From NCBI GenBank assembly GCA_043825875.1, contig JBDRRF010000060.1, positions 1 through 49,938 on the forward strand: a stretch of DNA of 49,938 bases, written 5' to 3'. Positions 49,662-49,938 of the stretch are shown one piece after another (position 1 is the first letter of the stretch; each line of letters begins with the position of its first letter). A program made the translations under genes and the position numbers. The notes below the pieces were generated by a model. The model ran no database searches and was not told the origin of the DNA. It worked only from the letters and a program-made list of their open reading frames with translations. The DNA comes from Pseudomonadota bacterium (GTDB taxonomy: Bacteria; Desulfobacterota; Desulfobacteria; Desulfobacterales; RPRI01).

Positions 49662-49938
49662 CTATGCTTTACCCCTTCCCCTGAGTTTGCCTTGTTTCGA
49701 AGATTGCGGGAAGCGCGATCCTGATCGTGATGGCTTTTTCCCCGCCTTATCGTTTCTCCTGCCGGAACGAGGTTTCGATTCCGGTCCCGTTTTTTTGACA
49801 GAACCTGTAGTTTTCGCTTTACGGTTTTTCGCTTTCTGTTTTGAAGCTTCTCTTCTTGCGACTATTTCTTTTATTTCCTTGTCTGCCTTTTTTTCGCTGG
49901 ACGGGTTGTTGGGACGATAGAGAACATAATCCGGAACA
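49662..49938 (-). CDS. C-terminal Lys/Arg-rich tail of a gene entering from beyond the window (possibly a DEAD-box helicase)
   Basis: Open frame VPDYVLYRPNN...KKPSRSGSRFPQSSKQGKLRGRGKA* (stop 49662-64) followed by a GGGGC/GCCCC hairpin. Product is a guess from the basic tail only. Confidence 0.5.
   Translation of the reverse strand, partial: VPDYVLYRPNNPSSEKKADKEIKEIVARREASKQKAKNRKAKTTGSVKKTGPESKPRSGRRNDKAGKKPSRSGSRFPQSSKQGKLRGRGKA

Noticed and set aside
49687..49920. 77-aa plus-strand ORF
   Set aside because: Antisense to the Lys/Arg-rich minus-strand coding tail

Overview
AT-rich bacterial chromosomal window. Gene content (sigma-54 systems, anaerobic cobamide genes, tungsten-type AOR) suggests a Desulfobacterota/Deltaproteobacteria-like anaerobe; that assignment is inference. 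It opens with the conserved tRNA-Thr/Tyr/Gly/Thr–tuf cluster. Next come mltD, a GlrK-QseG-GlrR-like sigma-54 signalling trio with its probable target operon, secreted-protein genes, corA, a fused and apparently disarmed MNT-HEPN toxin-antitoxin gene, and a perR-katG pair in which katG is GC-rich. At 20.5-27.2 kb is a run of same-strand, unrelated genes separated by decayed attC-like hairpins, which looks like an integrase-less integron cassette array. It carries an SPFH + NAD-kinase-like pair, a PcfJ-domain fusion protein coupled to prfH with no rtcB2, a TIR-like membrane protein and a MORN-repeat protein. Further on are a NuoE + HoxU/NuoG-like operon lacking NuoF, a cobalamin-riboswitch-controlled bzaF-cobT-bzaC-bzaD-bzaE operon, duplicated LolA-like genes, and a LuxR/SDR/AOR/MoeB region. 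Near the end is an attC-like hairpin abutting the 5' remnant of a group IIC intron. Five copies of a ~142-bp MITE are scattered through intergenic spaces, four with 4-bp target-site duplications. An orphan structured non-coding element at 13.45-13.68 kb resembles an IS110 non-coding end. No CRISPR array, rRNA, intact transposase or integrase was seen.
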